Assembly (NCBI GenBank): GCA_964014485.1 | Contig: CAXHAT010000245.1 | Coordinates: 1 to 10,201 of the forward strand | Origin: an uncultured Deferribacteres bacterium | Lineage (GTDB): Bacteria > Zhuqueibacterota > Zhuqueibacteria > Zhuqueibacterales > Geothermadaptataceae | Reading direction: 5' to 3' | DNA: 10,201 bases | In this document: positions 7,133 through 10,201 of the stretch, piece by piece | Numbering within the stretch: the first letter of the stretch is position 1 | How the letters are laid out: every line of letters starts with the position of its first letter | Translations under genes and position numbers: made by a program | Notes under the pieces: generated by a model | Told to the model about the DNA's origin: nothing | Seen by the model: only the letters and a program-made list of their open reading frames with translations | Databases searched by the model: none

Positions 7133-7582
7133 TCAGTCTTTTTTGAGGATTTTCATCATGAGCGAACCCACGCCCCAAAGCAAAAGAGCCATGAAAGTTC
7201 CGGCGACAAATATGTGGCCGGCGATGTGCGCAAAAGTGCTTTCGAGGCTGTGCCCCGGAGCGGTAAAATAAGTTTCGATCCCGCCGAAGTCATCGATGAG
7301 AATTGCGATGGAAACAATGATTGCGTTTGAATAAGACAGCACCATCATTGTTCCCAGTACGTCCTTGTAAGTTGATCCTTGCGTTTGACTGAGCTTGTAC
7401 GCAAAGAAAACGCCGAGTATGATCAATAAAATCGACATGCTTGTGTAAGTCGTTCCGCTGTCGTACGGGACGTTAAAAACCGGCAGCATCATAAAGCGGA
7501 CAACAGCGACGACGAGCAGCAAATAAAGCCCGGGCTTCACGCTGTTGACATAAGACCCAAAAGGTTTACTGAAAAAGGCCAT
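7133..7582 (-). CDS. Uncharacterised integral membrane protein (149 aa, about 4 TM helices)
   Basis: Four hydrophobic segments. The strong SD run AGGAGGAAGGAG before ATG 7582 (MAFFSKP) removes the ORF track's overlap with the divergent gene. Confidence 0.8.
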   Translation of the reverse strand: MAFFSKPFGSYVNSVKPGLYLLLVVAVVRFMMLPVFNVPYDSGTTYTSMSILLIILGVFFAYKLSQTQGSTYKDVLGTMMVLSYSNAIIVSIAILIDDFGGIETYFTAPGHSLESTFAHIAGHIFVAGTFMALLLWGVGSLMMKILKKD

Positions 7583-7635
7583 CTCCTTCCTCCTACTGTT
7601 GATCAGATAACCAAAAAAACAAAGCAGGAAAAAAT

Positions 7636-8334
7636 ATGTCCATTCTCTACATTTTCCCACATCCAGATGACGAATCCTTCGGCCCGGCTCCTGTTATGGC
7701 AAAACAAATCAGCGAAGGCAAGAGTGTGTTTCTGCTGACTCTGACCAAAGGCGAAGCGACGAAAGAGCGGTTCAAGCTCGGTCTCTCAAAAGAAGAAATG
7801 GGAAGCGTGCGGGCGAACGAGCTGGAAAAAGTCGCCCAAGTCCTCGGCTTGACCGGTTTAACAATCTGCGATTTCCCTGACGGCGGCTTAAAAAATCTCG
7901 ATCCGCGCGTTTTGGAGCAAACCATCACCGATGCGATCAAGCGTCTGCAGCCGACCGTGATCGTGACGTACAATATTTTTGGAATTAGCGGGCACCATGA
8001 CCATTTGACGACGCATGCAGCCGTCAAACGCGCGTTCGTTGAATTGAAATCGACGGGCGAAGGCTATCTCAAAAGATTGGCGTTTTATACCATGCCTGAG
8101 CGCAAGGGCAAGCGCAGCATCAGTTTTTCAAAGGAAGAAGAAATAGATTGCATCGTGAAGTGCGGCGAAGCGGAGATGGAAAAAGTCATGCAGGCGTTGG
8201 ACTGCTACGCCTCGTATCGCGATAGGATTGAAAAGACAGGGGTCAAAAAATATAAAAGCAACGAGGTCTATTTTGAGTTTTTTCAGGAATCTTTTGCGCC
8301 GCCATTGAGCGATTTGAACGCACGGTTGAGATAG
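7636..8334 (+). CDS. PIG-L/LmbE family metal-dependent deacetylase
   Basis: FPHPDDES, LTLTKGEA, R..EL....VLG, DFPDGGL, P.VIVTY..GISGHHDH. AGGA SD upstream. Confidence 0.92.
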   Translation: MSILYIFPHPDDESFGPAPVMAKQISEGKSVFLLTLTKGEATKERFKLGLSKEEMGSVRANELEKVAQVLGLTGLTICDFPDGGLKNLDPRVLEQTITDAIKRLQPTVIVTYNIFGISGHHDHLTTHAAVKRAFVELKSTGEGYLKRLAFYTMPERKGKRSISFSKEEEIDCIVKCGEAEMEKVMQALDCYASYRDRIEKTGVKKYKSNEVYFEFFQESFAPPLSDLNARLR

Positions 8335-8358
8335 ATTTTTTTCGAGAAGGCGCTGCGC

Positions 8359-9324
8359 TTATTCGTCCACAACCGTCGCTTCAGGATCCACTTCCTCGCT
8401 TTTCTTGGCGTAGACAATGAGCGCGTTCGTTCCCATCGAGTTAATCTTGACCTTCGGGATGGCTTCAACCGACTGTCCGACAACGCCGGACTTCATCCGA
8501 AACTTCTGAGCCTTGGGGGTGATTTTGGCAAAAGCCGTCTTTTTGAAATCTTTCCGAACCTTGACGGGTTGTTGCAATGCAGCCATCGCATCCACCACCT
8601 TGACTTTCATACCTTTTTCGAGCAGTTTCAAAGCGTCGATTGAAGCAATTTTAGAGGGAAAACTGAATTTCGCCGTTTTGGGCTTTCTTCTGAATCGAAT
8701 GGCCAGATTGATTTTTTGCGGGCGGCGTATTTTTCGAAAATTGGGAGCGTGTTTCCCGGAAACGTGCACGTTGTTGGCTTCGGCGTTTAGCGAAGGCTTC
8801 TCAAATTTCGAAATCGGAGGAATGATGAAGTCAAAATTGCTAGAGCGGAAGTTGTCTGGCAGATGAAAATCCAGATTTTGCCATTGCGGCTTATAATCTT
8901 CGTGAAAATCCACGCTTCGCGGCCTGCCGGGGTCATCGATTCCCAAATCAAGCAAAATCGCCTTTGAAGCCTGCAACAAGTAACTTCGCGTATCTAACAC
9001 GCCCGGCATTGAGCAGACAAAATCAATCCATCTGACTTCGCCCTCAAATTCGAACGGCATGTTGTAGCGATGAATCTTGTAATTGACGGCGCGCGGCAAG
9101 CGTTCCAAAACTTCAGGCTCGGCAAACTCAAAATATTTTTGCGGCAACATTTTGATGCTGACAACGATCCCGAAGGTCATTTTGTGCATCTTCGGAGTCG
9201 TAATGTTAATCCGGTAAATTTTGAGTTTCGAAATCTTAAGAGGAGGGAGCGGTGCAGTTTGAAGGTAGACCGGCTTATGCGGCGCCAATCGCCCTAACCT
9301 GCGCCTTGTTTTGATCTCGATCAT
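8359..9324 (-). CDS. Hypothetical protein, Lys/Arg/Pro-rich (321 aa)
   Basis: Long ORF filling the space between two genes, with an ATGA overlap to the upstream gene's stop (9321-9324). No recognisable domain. Confidence 0.7.
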   Translation of the reverse strand: MIEIKTRRRLGRLAPHKPVYLQTAPLPPLKISKLKIYRINITTPKMHKMTFGIVVSIKMLPQKYFEFAEPEVLERLPRAVNYKIHRYNMPFEFEGEVRWIDFVCSMPGVLDTRSYLLQASKAILLDLGIDDPGRPRSVDFHEDYKPQWQNLDFHLPDNFRSSNFDFIIPPISKFEKPSLNAEANNVHVSGKHAPNFRKIRRPQKINLAIRFRRKPKTAKFSFPSKIASIDALKLLEKGMKVKVVDAMAALQQPVKVRKDFKKTAFAKITPKAQKFRMKSGVVGQSVEAIPKVKINSMGTNALIVYAKKSEEVDPEATVVDE

Positions 9325-9809
9325 GCAGCGGCGGCTTGCTTCTTGCCGTTCATTTGCTGGTGATGGATTTGCGTAACCGCGTCCGAGATTCTGTCGAACG
9401 GTTCAAACAGATTGTTCTCACGCGCTAAACTCTCGATCTCTTTTTTCAAAATCTGATCTTCATAATTTTTGCCCGAAACAAGGCTTTTTACAGCATTTTC
9501 GTCGGTCATTAAGGCGATCGGCGTTTCACTGGTGCTAACGAGATTGAGCAGCCCTGATTCGCGGACGAATATAATTTCCGGCTTTTTCGACAAATTGTTT
9601 AAAAGCGGTTTGCCGAAAACTTCAAATTTCAAATACTCTTCGAAAACAGCGCCGTAAAGCACTTTTTGAATCGGATTTGGCCGCAGTGGATCGGTCAGAT
9701 AAAATTCCAACGGTACCGTGCTTTCTTGCGTTAAAAGCACGGCGCCGCGGTAAACTTCTCCCCCATCAAATTGCAGAATATCGAGAAAAGCCAGACGTGA
9801 GATGGACAT
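9321..9809 (-). CDS. Conserved-looking hypothetical protein (162 aa)
   Basis: GGAGG SD (9824-9820), globular alpha/beta pattern, motif-like PLEFYLTDPLRPNPIQKVLYG and NLFEPFDRI. Confidence 0.8.
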   Translation of the reverse strand: MSISRLAFLDILQFDGGEVYRGAVLLTQESTVPLEFYLTDPLRPNPIQKVLYGAVFEEYLKFEVFGKPLLNNLSKKPEIIFVRESGLLNLVSTSETPIALMTDENAVKSLVSGKNYEDQILKKEIESLARENNLFEPFDRISDAVTQIHHQQMNGKKQAAAA

Positions 9810-10174
9810 CGGAAAAAATCCTCCGACTTAAAAATAAAACTCTGAATGTAATTTTTGGTGTATATCGGGAAGTGTAATGCAGGCCGATTTATGCCTTTAA
9901 AAGCGAAATTTGACCGTAACTCTTCTTGACTTTTGAGCCGTTTTACCTTCTCCGTTCCCCGATTAATACAGCACAAGAATTACGTTCGCGTGAAGAAAAA
10001 TGATAAGAAAAACGCAGTTTTTTTAACATTTTCGTCAATTCAGGCGAATTTCGTACACTTGGCCGGAGCGCTTCTTGTGCCGTTTCACTTGAACAGCCGC
10101 TTTTAATAATTAAGTTAACTGATGTTATGCGCGGCAACGCACACCCCCTGAGTCCCGAGACAAAAGCCGTCTCA

Positions 10175-10198
10175 TTAGCGCCGGGCTTCAGCCCGGTG
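10175..10198. repeat. REP-like GC-rich hairpin at the window end
   Basis: TTAG followed by CGCCGGGC-TTCA-GCCCGGTG, preceded by a smaller GAGAC/GTCTC hairpin (10158-10173). Confidence 0.55.
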
Positions 10199-10201
10199 AT
10201 G

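Noticed and set aside
7583..7660. Extended start of the membrane protein overlapping the PIG-L gene
   Set aside because: A strong SD sits before ATG 7582, and the extension overlaps the divergent gene.
10067..10083. Second sigma-54 promoter (CGGCAC-AAGAA-GCGC, minus strand)
   Set aside because: The -12 element deviates from TTGC and the -24 lacks the leading T; too weak to call.
9731..10137. ORFs 9731-9976 and 9943-10137 on the minus strand
   Set aside because: Short, no convincing SD, AT-rich intergenic composition; the first overlaps the 162-aa gene out of frame.
52..10201. CRISPR array or regularly spaced repeat array
   Set aside because: No repeat-spacer periodicity was seen in any intergenic region, and there are no cas-like genes.

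Overview
Bacterial (meta)genomic contig, roughly 50% GC, from a diderm organism; the gene set and style suggest an FCB-group lineage such as KSB1 or Calditrichota, which is inference only. Bases 1-51 are untrimmed Illumina Nextera i5 adapter. Almost all genes are on the minus strand. In transcription order they are: two coupled unknown genes (162 aa and a very basic 321 aa), a 4-TM membrane protein, rsgA, an unknown lipoprotein behind a near-consensus sigma-54 promoter, a secreted intradiol-dioxygenase-like protein, an unannotated 31-aa membrane peptide, and a translationally coupled GH113 hydrolase / beta-barrel / selB trio. The single plus-strand gene is a PIG-L/LmbE deacetylase. Non-coding structure includes a ~210-bp nested-inverted-repeat MITE/REPIN-like element (3738-3946), a perfect operator-like palindrome on the dioxygenase RBS, candidate enhancer repeats, and a REP-like hairpin at the window end. 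No complete novel system can be proven from sequence alone. The best leads are the nested element, the unknown two-gene pair, the sigma-54 lipoprotein unit and the unusual selB operon.
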